A stretch of 58,366 nt of DNA, counting the filler, from Sphacelaria rigidula (taxonomy: Eukaryota), in NCBI GenBank assembly GCA_964200075.2. It is 6 parts of 6 records of this genome, joined end to end, with 100 filler letters (N's around TTAATTAATTAA, not from the genome) between each part and the next. Parts side by side here need not be neighbours in the genome. Positions count along the whole stretch, not along the records: positions 19,491 to 29,135 come from CAXNAA020008047.1; positions 29,236 to 38,880 come from CAXNAA020008048.1; 4 more parts are not named here. One strand, written 5' to 3'. Below the pieces are notes generated by a model. It saw only the letters and a list, made by a program, of their open reading frames with translations. It was not told the origin of the DNA and did not search any database. A program made the position numbers and the translations under genes. Below, one piece after another: positions 23,366-35,328 of the stretch (position 1 is its first letter; the number at the start of each line of letters is the position of its first letter).

Positions 23366-23624
23366 GACACTGTCTACGATAGCCCACCCCCAAAAGTGCA
23401 TGGTTTTGGGAAGCAAAATCTTCACGTCAATCGAAATGGGAAAAACCGAGCACAACGCGAAGCTGGGAATTCCCACGATTGGGTTCGTTCTAGCCAATGT
23501 CGCCAAGATGTCGCCAATATGAGGCGCTTCATGCAGCCTAAACCCGAGCATCAGGCGCTGTATGGCCATTTGTTTCGTCACACTCTTAGCTGGTTTGGGG
23601 GGGGGGGCTATCGTAGAAAGTGTC
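23366..23624. mobile_element. 259-bp MITE with GACACT(G/T)TCTACGATAGCCC TIRs and a 4-bp TSD (GCAT)
   Basis: gcat|GACAC...GTGTC|gcat; partial copies at 19491-19614 and about 48480-48550. Confidence 0.75.
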
Positions 23625-26079
23625 GCATATACAAGGTGCTTACTTCACGAGAACTAGGCAGCATCACCTCATTTCACATTAATGTACCCTTCACCGGAAA
23701 GGATAATCTGCTTTGCAAATCGAGAGCCTGAGTTGCTGCATTGGTGGAGTAACAGATCTTCCGTTCTCTCCAGTTTCACATTCTTTCGGCGGAGTGAGGA
23801 CCAAGTTATTATAAAAAAACTCAACTATGCTACCGGGCGACACAAAATGCTCTTCACGGCCTCCCCAACATACACTAGAGTATGCGAAGTGTGAACAAAC
23901 GCAAGCTAGCGAACCCAACGCGGGCGCGGGAAGTAAATGACAACTAGGTCAATATCTGTACTGGCATGGTCTGCACCCGATTAATGAAAAGCTTCGACTC
24001 GTCGAAATCTACCCCGGGCTTGTGTCTGGGCTACTCGAAAACACGAAACCAACACGCACAGAAATATTCGGAATCTGCGGGCAGGACGCAGCGATACATG
24101 TGTGTTGTCCAGACCAATACCATATTCACTCACTCCCACAGCTGCTTTGGACATGGACTCCACAGGAACACTTGCAGAGGCCGCCGGTGTGGCTGACATT
24201 ACCCCCTCCGCTGCCAAGACTGGCGATGGGGTTGACGCGTCTTCGATAAGCGCGTTGGAGCAAACGTTGCTACTTTCAACGACGATTAGAGGTGGAATAT
24301 CGTGCAAAAAAGGCCCAAAGCACCCCCCCCTGTCGTAGCATCACACTCTGTTCAGGTTGTGGCGCGCTGGGGTTGTGCTCAAAACGTCGCATAAAATCAG
24401 AGAGTTGGATAGTCAACATCAGCGGAAGAGGGTGGAGTCCAGGCGTCGGACGGTTGATCGTTCCTGAGCGGCCGAGGAACGTTACACAGGAAGACAAAAT
24501 ATCGAGAAGAAAAGCTAACAAACAAGTGCTTGACGAAAAACGGGCATAGACCTACCGACAAACGTGCTTTTGGCTGTGATACCCGATAGGAGCAGAAATG
24601 ACAAACGACAGGCAACCGTAGCCTGCGAATCGTGAACACGTGCGTTCTCAACGAGTAGTGACCAACCAATCTCGCAACCCTCGCATCCCTTCAAAAAGTT
24701 ATCAACGAACGCAGCAAGTGTGGCGCATATACGGCTACTGTGAAAATATCAAATGAACACCGGATGTTACAAATTGCGGTTGAAATGGTTGTGAAGATGT
24801 TCCTTGGGACCGTCATAGTTGTCAAAATGTTGGCGAGAACGTTTGCAAATGCACTTTCCGGCTGCGATATGTGGCCTTGCTTATCGAATATATTAACTTC
24901 ATCCACAACTTGTAAAATTTCGAGTGAATTCTTAACACTTTCGAGCTCCGTTTCCATTTTTCAGAACCCCCTCTTGAAACGCGGGATTTTACGTCCTGAG
25001 GATGGATGGGTGTGGGACAATGAGCGAGGCCACGCACATCACGACCCGACAGTACATGTTGGCCACACATCACGGCTGGAGAGTGCACTGGCATCAGGTT
25101 TCGACATAATATATAATATTTCGATGCTTATCAACGTTCCCAAGGCGCATCAGCGAAACAAAATCCACCTGCAATGTGTTCAATCCCGTGGAAATCGGTC
25201 CTTACTTCGTCCAATCCTAGAAAGTCCTCACGCTTCCACCGATGGACGTTGATAATTCGGGAGAGAAAAATCCAAACTGAACCGATCTGGGAGGACACGA
25301 TGCTGCAGTTTTCAACCTCGTGGTTCGAGTTTCACCATTTGACTACCAGGGCAATGGCGCATCGATATAGTACTGCCATTCTTACCCACAAACGCTCTCG
25401 GCGTCCTAAACGTGACGACGTTTAGCTGGCCCACACGAAGGCGGTAACATGGGTGTTCTGCACGTAGATGTCAAAATGAGCGATAGTGCAATTTTCCAGA
25501 CTAGATTCATGGTGTGGCACTGATTGACGTAGATTGTCAACCCATGAATTTTGATACCAAACCGGGGATTTTCGTCGATCAAACAGGAAAGCTGTCTTTC
25601 TCTTTGCCTCTCAACAAGCACAATGCTTGCCGAATGGGACGAGCCCACGTACCGCAGGAAGTCGACGCCAAGGCTGGACGTTGTGCGACGAAAAATACGG
25701 CGCTAACTCATTCAGTGTTATGGTAGATGAGGCGCCTCTTACAGCCTAAACCATATCGATTCCATTCCCCTTCTTGTGGATCCCGTGACGGTGCTCACCT
25801 CTCCTCCTGTTATCGCGCCGTGCTCACTGCACGACCCTTTTTCCATCTCTTCACCTATTGGCCAGGAGCACGATAGTATTCCGACCTCTTTCCAAGATTT
25901 TTTCTGCTCGACGTGAGAGTAAGAGAGCAGGCAACTAGGGGGCCAGCCGGGGGGGCATCGTCGCGCGCGCAGCAGTAAACTCATCGCGGGTAGGGATGGC
26001 ACTGCTGAACTCCGGTACTGCAGAACAAGGAGATGGGGGCACATGTCGTCCTAATTAACGCGCCCCGCGGCCGGCCGCA

Positions 26080-26260
26080 GATGGAAGGTAATAACGCAAT
26101 GAAACAAACAATAAATATATAAAAACTCCTCTGTTGACGTTCCTTCTGTGTGACCCCTGCTGATGCGCACATTCCGGTAGATGTAGACTGGCCTCCAGAA
26201 CAGATGGGACGGAAAGTCAGAGAGAGACAGAGAGAGAGACAGAGAGAGAGACAGAGAGAG
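26080..26260 (+). repeat. 3' part of the SINE family followed by an (AG)n microsatellite
   Basis: Shares aactcct.tgttgac.ttcct.ctgtgtgacccc.gctg.tgcgc with about 28910-28960. Confidence 0.55.
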
Positions 26261-28670
26261 GCAGCCATTGAGTTGCATACACAACGCCTTTGTTTCCGTG
26301 AGCACAGCTTGACCCCACGTTTGTTTCCTGTTTCACTTGCTTCCATCAGCCTCGAGGGATACCGATCCTCAATCTAACATTTTCGTGTGTTTAGGACAAG
26401 GAAGCGCGATTGCACAACCGAGTCGTGTATAGTACAGGGGGTTTATAAATCTCGATCATCATCTTGAATGTTTTTGCAGACATTTTTGTTTTTCACGTAT
26501 GCATTGCGCTAGAGCTGCAATCACGTTTTTAGAATAAAAAACGATCACACGCTCCGTCGATTCTTGTACCTGAAAAAACATTTACATTTATTTGGAACTT
26601 TCTCGTATAACAACGCTTTCGTGAGATTGAGAGTAGAGCATTGATTGAGAGTGGCCTTGAACGCTTTAGAGTTATCGTACAGGCTGGTTCACGGTGATCA
26701 CCCAAAATTGTGTAATCGGCAAATAATGCCTTCCGCAATACGCACCCAATAGTCGCATATATGGTATTATACTGACCGCAATGAAGAGACGAAGAGGGTG
26801 ACATAGTCGGAGTTTTGTTTAAGGCCCTAGCGGTGGGGCTATGGACGAAATTTTGTCTCAGTCAATCAGCGCCCTTCAAACTGTTCTGAGATCTAAATGA
26901 CGAATACCAAGCCCAATTTTCACCCAATCTCTACCTGCTTCAAATCGTAGTAACAATCATTGAAACGGAAATCTAACGAGATAATCATATTTTTTAAGCG
27001 GTTACTATGGGGGTCGAATTATACCCGAAACCGTGATGTTTCGGTGATGTCGGATGTTGGCGTCGTCTAACTTCCACTAATGATACGCGCGAAAGACCCA
27101 GGCAGTCTCGTGACGGTGTCCCCTATATCTGTGGCAGAAAATCTCAGATCGCCCTCAAACTCGGCAGTTCCGTAGGTATTCATGCTCAAAATGGAAAAAA
27201 TGTATTCTTGACAATATATAATGTTTTCTCCGTTCTCTACCGGCTTCCGGGGGTCCCAGCATGAAGACCCCCGGAAGGCGATACAGAATGCCCTAAAAGA
27301 AAAATAATGAAATTATGCGTCCCGGGAGAGTCCAAGGAACACATATACAAAGTTTGGTGGAGAAACTCGAAAAACTCATACAGTTTGTCTTGCCTTGACG
27401 TCAAATTCACCCAAAAAGACGTTTCCATTCTACACCAAGCAGTTGGGAGTTGCACGCTTCAAGCCCACGTCCTCCACAAACGCGCAAAATTTCACGCTGT
27501 CAGTAGGAGTTAGATCCTGAAACTTCGCATAAATATGCTATCTATCAGTACGCAACTTTCTACGGACGATGGTTTTTGTACTTCTTGAGTTTTTCACCGT
27601 TATTCGAGGGTCCGACGGGATCAAAGTCGTTTTTCGAAGTAGTCTCCATTTTGGGATCCCGGAAAAACGGCACTACGATATTTTTCTTCATTTTTTCGCG
27701 AACTATCTACCTCCACACAACCCAAGGATGGGCTCCACAATTTTTCGCCGCAATGATCGATCAACTGATGCTTGAATTCCCATGTTCACGTCAAAGAAGG
27801 CCCGAAAACGCCGTTTTGGTACTAAAATCAAGTAGTTTGCGGTTTCACCGCGGTACGGCAAACTTCATCGCACAAAGGCCAAAACCTTCACGCCGTTTTG
27901 AAGAGTTAGACCCTGAAATTTTGCACAACTGTGCTTTGGGACATTACACATCTTTGCTGGAACGTTTGTTTTTTTTGTTACCGTTTTACGGGAGTCCGAT
28001 TGGGTCAAGGTTTCCCCCCCCGAAACCTGGAAACCCCGAAAAACGGTGAAAAAGGTAAAATATTCAAGTAAATAAAAAACGTTCCTGCAAAGGTGCGTAA
28101 TGACCCATAGAACATTCGTGCAAAATATCAGGGTCTCCTTAAAACCGCGTGAGGTTTGCCGATGAATGTTTTTGGGGTGATGAGCGTGAACCAGCCTGTA
28201 CGATGGGGGGAGAGGTAGGCATTTGATTGCACGGAAAAATAGGCTCAGATATGTGTCAGACGACCTGCCACACTCGCGGTGCCCTTGTATTTTGTTGTAA
28301 ACGATGTCACGCAGAATGGAGAGCGGTTTATGTAAATTAATATATACATACCATATGAAACGAACTCGTCCGAGCAACTGTCGCTGCTTTCGACGACGAT
28401 TTGACTTGGAATTTCGCGCTGACTTCCCCCCCCCCCCCCCCCCAATCATGGAAAGACTCTTTAACGTAGCCATTTTCCCCTTCTGTGTGTGCTTTTCTTT
28501 GCCCTCATCATTCGCGTGTGCTTACAGCTATACGTCGATATCCTTCTCAGGGATAGTAGTAAGTTTTTTACAGAAAGCATATCGGGCAACTGGGAGAGGC
28601 ATTTTCGGAACTGAAACGATTCATTCACTTCCGCTCATATTATTGAATATATGTTTTTTAGACAGAGCTG

Positions 28671-29000
28671 GTCGCCCCGGTGGCTCAGTTGATAACTTCG
28701 AAACGTTCTGACGGTTGAGTTATGGGTTCAAATCTAGGAGCGACATGGGATTTTTTCTCACACAATGCCCAACAGTGGAGCGTGGGTAAACGAAATTCAA
28801 CTTAACGGTCGACAAGGGAAATGCATTGCTTACCTCCTCTCGCGATAAAAAATAAAAGCAAGCACCGCAGAACGAAGGTGGAGAACCGGAAACAAACAAG
28901 AAAGAAAGAAAACTCCTGTGTTGACCTTCCTCCTGTGTGACCCCAGCTGGTGCGCCCACATATACCGAAAGGTGCAGGGTGACAAAATGGCCCCGTGTCA
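28671..29000 (+). mobile_element. tRNA-derived SINE
   Basis: TGGCTCAGTTG A box, GGTTCAAATC B box and a body matching 6834-7099. Confidence 0.7.
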
Positions 29001-29135
29001 AAGATCGAGAACAACAAAAGTCATAATAAGGAGAAGCCCCGAATATTTATTCGCCACATATCCCAAATAACACTATATTCGTGAGATTCAGAGTGTAGTT
29101 TCAGATTCAGAGTCAGGATTTCAAACGGAAGAACT

Positions 29136-29235
29136 NNNNNNNNNNNNNNNNNNNNNNNNNNNNNNNNNNNNNNNNNNNNTTAATTAATTAANNNNNNNNN
29201 NNNNNNNNNNNNNNNNNNNNNNNNNNNNNNNNNNN
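29136..29235. other. Artificial contig linker
   Basis: N + TTAATTAATTAA + N, 100 bp. Confidence 0.98.
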
Positions 29236-29600
29236 CGTCCCGGCTGTGTAGGGATGCGAGGTCGGTGGTCTGATGACTATGGCACGCATGATCATGAGTA
29301 CACCCCCCCCCCGTCTTGGGCAGTGGCGATACCAGATTATGAAGCAACTCATTGTAGGCTGTCATCCAAATGCAAGGTGATCAGTAGGCTTCGGACCGGA
29401 CAATCTTGGCAATCTTGGCAGGATGCAGCTCACCCCTCATGCGACTCGCCGAGCACACCACGGCGCTTCGCGCTTGTTGATTGAGTGCGAGCCTGGTCCG
29501 GTGAACACTCGCCGTGCTCCGTCCCTAGCTTTGTAGGGATGCGCGGTCAATGGTCTCATGACTGCGACATGCAAGATCATGAGTACACCCCCCCCTCTCG
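29236..29600 (+). repeat. Dispersed repeat, two direct copies (29236-29315 and 29510-29600); a third copy is inverted at about 58275-58366
   Basis: Shared tgtagggatgcg.ggtc...atgact...gatcatgagtacacccccccc. Confidence 0.7.
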
Positions 29601-30544
29601 TTCCCCCATATCCTCGGTTGAGTTCCGTTATCAAGCCAAAAGTGCTCGAAACCAAGTGTTGAGCAAGGCAACAAGCACTCGCGTATGCATGACACTGAGG
29701 GCAGTACAATCAATAGTGGTCCTCAAACTTGTTCCGATCATTTCCCGAGAGTTCTACAGTACGGCACAGCACGTCACCGAAGACTGCACCAACATGCCAG
29801 AGTCTACACGAGCGTCAGCAGCAGCAGCAGCAGCAGCAGCAACAAAATCAAAATCAACAGCAGCTGGGACATAGTGCAAAACGGGTGTGATGATATGAGA
29901 ACCGGGGTCAGTATCTCGACGTCCACCTCCGTCTCGAGGCCCCACTCCATCGACTCAAGCCCCCCCCCCCCTCCACCGCAAGGCCCACCACCAGGAGTAA
30001 TACTGCCACAGCACCAGCACCCGAATCCGTCACGAGTTCCGCAGCCGTGGGAGTCGCAAATGGCCGTCCTCCGAGCTGTTCTGGAGCAAGAAGCCGAAGG
30101 TCTAGACCGTCTGAATCATGGCGTAAACTACCTCATCGCCGTACAGGTGCCGCTACCTCAGCATCAACATCAGCATCAGAAACAGTACACTTAACACCAG
30201 CAATACAATCACGCCAACACGACCGCAATTCGCCCGACGTATCAGCCACCGCAACTCACAAGCTCGAGGCGGACCTCAACTCCCGCACTGCCAACACCAC
30301 CACTTCCACCAACTCACCCCAGCCGGCACACCTCAACTATCCCAACACCGACAACGGTACTCTCCCCCAGCAGCGGCACATACCGTAGGGTATTCCTCGG
30401 CCAGCAATGGGATACCCAGGCTTTGATTCGGATCAGCGGAGGCACCAGCGTCCCCACCGGCGCCCGTTGATCCCGTCACGGCGAAATTCAATAGAGCCGT
30501 GTCCCAGGCGGCGAAACAACACGCGTGGTAAATTGGCGAAATAA

Positions 30545-31175
30545 CGCCTCGGTGTCCAAGTGATATATGTTGAATGGTGAACACACTGCGGAATTTGCGC
30601 TGTCAAACGGACATGAGGAGTCTATCTCCCTGGAGGTTTTGGCGTTCAACCTGAAAATGCGTGAAAAGATCCAGGATATCGCATGCTTTGACATCACCGC
30701 GCTCGGCCCGCAGCACCTGGTAGGCTGGACCCCAACATCACATAGGGTTCGATATTCATTTCACTCACGCCGTGAAAGCACTGGTCGCCGCCGTCACCGT
30801 CGTTGCCGTTGGTTTGTCCGCACTGGCGGCCAGCAGACAGTCAGCTACAATATTTGAGTTACGCGATCTTGCAGAGAGAGTCACCAGCGCCAGTGCGGAA
30901 GAGTCAACGGCGCCGCCAGTAATGGCGATTAATGTTTCCACGGCGTAGGTGAAGTAGACCTCGAACCCGCTGTGATGTTGGGGTCCAGCCCGCCGGGAGC
31001 GGCGGGCCGAACGCGGTGATGTCGAAGCGTGCGAGATTCTGGATCATTCCATACATGGCAAGGTTGAATACCTCTACCTCCAGCCAGATGACCTCCACAT
31101 GTTCGTTGTTTGACAGCGCAAATTCCGTAGTGTGTCCACCACGCAGAAGATCACCACTTGGATACCAAGGCGTTC
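30545..31175. repeat. Tail-to-tail inverted pair of ~250-bp coding-like fragments
   Basis: Plus strand GEHTAEFALSN...IACFDITALGP...GWTPTS and minus strand GGHTTEFALSN...LARFDITAFGP...GWTPTS. Confidence 0.75.
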
Positions 31176-32051
31176 ATACGCCAATGGGGTCGAAGCTGGG
31201 TCGGAGTCAGTATCTTTTCGTTCACCTTTTCAATTCTTCTTAGTTATTTTTCCTGATTTCTCCAAGTCTGGACTTTTAGTCTAAAATATATATTTCTGGA
31301 GCACCAGGCATATAAATTCAGAGTTGCTCCCAACAATACCAACCATTTGTTCGGCGACCAGAGAACAAAAAAAGCAGGGGTGCTTTGTGCTTTCGTACTG
31401 CAGCGCGCGCGTGCCCACCGAGTGAAACCATGAAGAGCCCTTGAGAATAGAAAAATCGGAAAAAATACGCGTTGCTCAAAAACGAAAAAAGGAGGGAAAA
31501 AGCAGCAAAAAGAAAAAAGAGACAAGGATCCAAAGTGGTTTGTACGGCTGGGGTTGAACGCGCGACCTATTCCCTGCAGATTGTTCACATCTATCTCTGG
31601 CCTTCGGAGGTATTGTGACGTTGACTGACTTCGGCAATTTATTTTGCTCTCCTCTGCAATGATAAGGGGCAATGTATTTTGCGCGGTAGTTTTTCGATGG
31701 TGGTAAGAAGCCACAGCAATGTCAGTATCTACACGGCAATTGTTTGAACGGAAATGGGAGAATCTGATTTGCTCGGGAGTTTGGATGGGAACGGGAGAAC
31801 GTAATTATTTGAAAACGGTTGGGATGGTAATAACATTCCCGATTTACCATGGTAACGTACCATGTGCCAAGTACCGTGGTTGTACAGAGGTAACTCCCAC
31901 GTGGGAAAATTACCGAAGGGAGCTTTTTTTATTTTTTATTTGCCATCTTCGGCTCGAACAATAACATTTATTATCAAACCGTCATCTATCTCCGTTCCTC
32001 TTTCCCTGTTTATTGTTTGTTTCCCCTTTTCCTCGTTGTCTTGAATTGAAG

Positions 32052-32279
32052 TTGTTCACAGAGAAGTATACTTCGAGAGTGACGTACCGACGGCCTACCG
32101 AAGTGGCCGTGAAAGCAGTGCACTCGCGATTGTTTTCGTCATTAGACAGCACGTGGCGATTTCGGCCTGGAAAGGACCCCAATACCACATTTGTGGACTT
32201 CTCGGTGGAGTTTGAAGTGAAGAATATGCTGGCGGCGCAGGCTATGGATGCTTTCTTCGACGAAGTGGCTTTGCAACAG
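32052..32279 (+). CDS. COQ10: Internal exon of a coenzyme Q-binding protein (START/polyketide cyclase domain)
   Basis: 228-nt phase-0 exon bounded by AG and GT, encoding LFTEKYTSRVT...SRLFSSLDSTWRFRPG...VDFSVEFEVKN...AFFDEVALQQ. This matches my recollection of COQ10 (ERYTS..LF..LET.WRF..LDFSISFEF..FFDEV). Other exons were not found on this contig. Confidence 0.85.
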
Positions 32280-32284
32280 GTGAC

Positions 32285-32323
<39 letters not shown>

Positions 32324-33059
32324 TTTTCTCAACCGGCGAAGTGTAGGAGTGGCGTTTGGGTGTCTTTGGCGATGTCTTTGTTTACATGTGTGATGATTAG
32401 TTGTTAGCGGTGTCTTGAGGTGGTAACGTATCCTCTTTATGTTTCGGCTCGTTGTTTCGTGTCTTTACTGTTGTTTTGATGGGTTTTTCAATGGTGGCTC
32501 AGATCATGGTCGTGCGTCATGGTGTTGCCTGGTGTTGCCTTATACTTCACGAAGCATTGTCTCGCGTTTTCCTACGTTTGTCTTCATGCCTGTTATTGTT
32601 TCAGATCATCTCATGCGTCTACTACTATTTTCTATATATTGTTGTGTTTTCCCTTGTTGTTGTTGTTGTTGTTGTTTTAGCGGTTTTGCACGCACATTCG
32701 CCCAATCTCTCGAACCCGCGGTCACAGACGTAGGCTCGCCTTTCCAGTAGCAGTCACTACTATTCCGCAGATGAGATTGAAGTGCTCATGGGGCTGTTTT
32801 GTCTCAGACTCCGAGAAAACAAACAGACAAAAATTAACACCAAAGAGAGGGACGTCAAGAAAATAGAAGAGAAAAATCCTCCCCCTCCCGAATTGGGCGG
32901 GATTTGGTGGAACCAGTACATCAGATCTGCCAACACAGGAAAGGAACTAAATAGATACCAAGCGCGAGAGTTGAGCAATACCCCGGTACCCACGAAGAGG
33001 CAAGGATAAGTAGAGTTTCTAGGAAGCAGGCGCATTAACGAGTACGTGATGGGCTACCT

Positions 33060-35220
33060 GTTAGATTCCGGTGATCTTCGGCAGACACTCATGGATAGGA
33101 CTCAAGTCGTGACGCAGGCAAAATTTCCTTTTCATGACGCACGTTGATCCAATCTATCATACACTTCTTTGCCCCTTCCTCTGCAACCCGGTAGTACCTG
33201 AAAGCATCTTGGGTGATCTGCATCCATGAAGCAACATCTTTTCCAACGGTGGCGCCGTACTCGGGGACACGGTATTTCGAGCGTTTCACGGGTGGGCCTA
33301 GCTTCGTTTCACCTCGAACCATTGCTCCACGCATGACGATGTTGGGGAGGTGTTCGTCGTGCATACACGCGACGCGGCCGGTGTCCAATAGCCTCGATGT
33401 CATCGCAGCCAGTCCTCTCGAGCACCTCGCGGTAGGGTAGCATGAAGTGGTCGGGGGCGTTGCGACTTGAGATGTACTCGTTGAGGCACCTTAGCAGGAA
33501 CCCGCGATGAACTTCCCGCAACGGGTCGAACTCATCGGACGCGAGCGTCTTGGTCACGCAGCCGTATGGAATGACGTGGATCACGTGTGCCTTCAGGGAA
33601 CGGACCTTTTCGGCCGGGGCGATGTACGGGTTGTCGTCTACCGCTCTGGTGTACTTGACGAAGCACTTCCAGGCGTGGCCAATGCGGCATTTAACCTCAG
33701 GAATAACATCGCCGATGCTGTTGGTTGCCCTCGAGATGGACGAAATACTCGACTTGCTTGTACCGTTGGCCCGCCGTCTCCACCTCGACCACATCTGCTC
33801 TCATCCGTGGGGAGCAAACGTTTATGGTTTCCGTTTGCTCTCCCGCCACAACGACACCGAACGCCCCACAGACTTCAACGATGGCCGTTATCACCTTTGT
33901 CAGGCTTGGTTGAGATCTCGACGCAATACCGGCTTTGTCGGAGTATAGCATGGCACAAGCCACCCCGCTGCAAGCGCGCAAAAAAAAATCGGTAACCTCG
34001 TTTCCTAGCTATGTAGTGGGTGGCGTGTTTTACAACGTCATCGTCAACCGACGCCAACCCCGTAGGGGGTCCCCGGAAGGGAGCGGTCACTGGAGCCGTC
34101 GATGAAGCACACGCACATGGGAAGTTTTTTTTCTCCGACCAGCTCTTAAAGTCTGCGCACAACATATATCATGTAAATTGTCGACCGGCTGGGTCGGAAG
34201 CCGCACTGAGCTGCTGGTAGGATTCCCCTTCATTCGCAGTATGCGCTGAGGCGGGTGGCATCTAATCTTGAGAACCACCTATCCCACGTGGAACGCTAGC
34301 GCCATGCTGCGGTACTTGCCACATTCGTGCCGGTCATTTATCTTAAACAGCACCTTAATGACAGCTTCTCTCCATTCCTGTGGCACTACTCCCTGACGCC
34401 ACACTGTGAGCACGATGTTTCGGAGGCCCTTCAGTATGGCCAGAGTCCTCGGCGAGGCCACACGGCTGTCAGTCCTAATGGCCTTGCTGTTCGCCGGTTG
34501 TCCACTGCTTCCTTCACGTCTTTCATCGAGGGCTCGGCCACGACTGGTGCGTGCCCCGGCATCTGTTCGATGAGATCGACGACAGAGGGATCGAGAAAAG
34601 GCGAGATTGCATTCAAAGGCGTTTCAAACCACACTTCCCCACGTTGTAGGATAGCTTGCTTATCCCGCCACAACTCGCCGGCCGCGCTCCTGATGCTGGT
34701 TGAGCCACACCCCCTCTTCTCTTCCAAATCCAAGGACCTGATGTGTTGGTACAGCCCTGCCTGGTTCTTGTTTTGGGTTAACTTCGCTGTCGTGGCCGTG
34801 AACTCGTGTATATAGTTCTGTAGTTTTGCTTTCTTCATCCGCTTGAACGCCTTGTCTGCCACCTCCAGTGCCTTTCCAAGGCCAAGGTCTTTGGAGCTGA
34901 CGCGTAGCTTTTGCCATACACGCGCCCTGACATCCCACGCCTCTTGAAGGTATTCCTTACCTCGTGACGACTCACTGGAACCTCTACATGGGGGATTATT
35001 CGGGCAACAAGGGCGTGTATCCGCGAGCGTCTGTCGCAGGGTGTTGGCGAAGGTAGAGGTCATGTCATTTCTCCTCCTTTTTCGAGTTTCCTCCACGGCG
35101 TGTTTCTGGGTTTTTTGGGGGGGGGTACGTACGTGAATCTTCTTACCACGGCTAGACTCGTACAGTTGGGCCGGGCAAGAGCTCGGGGATTCGCCGATAT
35201 CGCCACACGGAGCCAACCTT
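33060..35220 (-). mobile_element. Decayed RTE-like LINE ORF2 (RT region, internally deleted or interrupted)
   Basis: VPQEWREAVIKVLFK..DRHECGKYRSMAL, LYSDKAGIASRS (LYADD-like), EVKCRIGHAWKCF, LKAHVIHVIPYGC and MHDEHLPNIVMRG. Confidence 0.88.
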
Positions 35221-35230
35221 ATCGAGTTAA

Positions 35231-35328
35231 CCCTTAGACCGCGAGTTTAGTCTTGTGTTGAATCGGCATCAATTTCAAGTGAAAAAAAGTATGCATGGTC
35301 CAGAAAGACTAATCTCGCGGTCTAAGGT
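35231..35328. mobile_element. 98-bp piggyBac-like MITE with intact TTAA TSDs
   Basis: ttaa|CCCTTAGACCGCGAG ... CTCGCGGTCTAAGGT|ttaa. Confidence 0.85.

Noticed and set aside
24292-25680. Fanzor/TnpB nuclease (CSGCG on the plus strand, LGVD on the minus strand)
   Set aside because: The motifs are on opposite strands and no ordered RuvC D-E-D plus zinc-finger architecture could be assembled.
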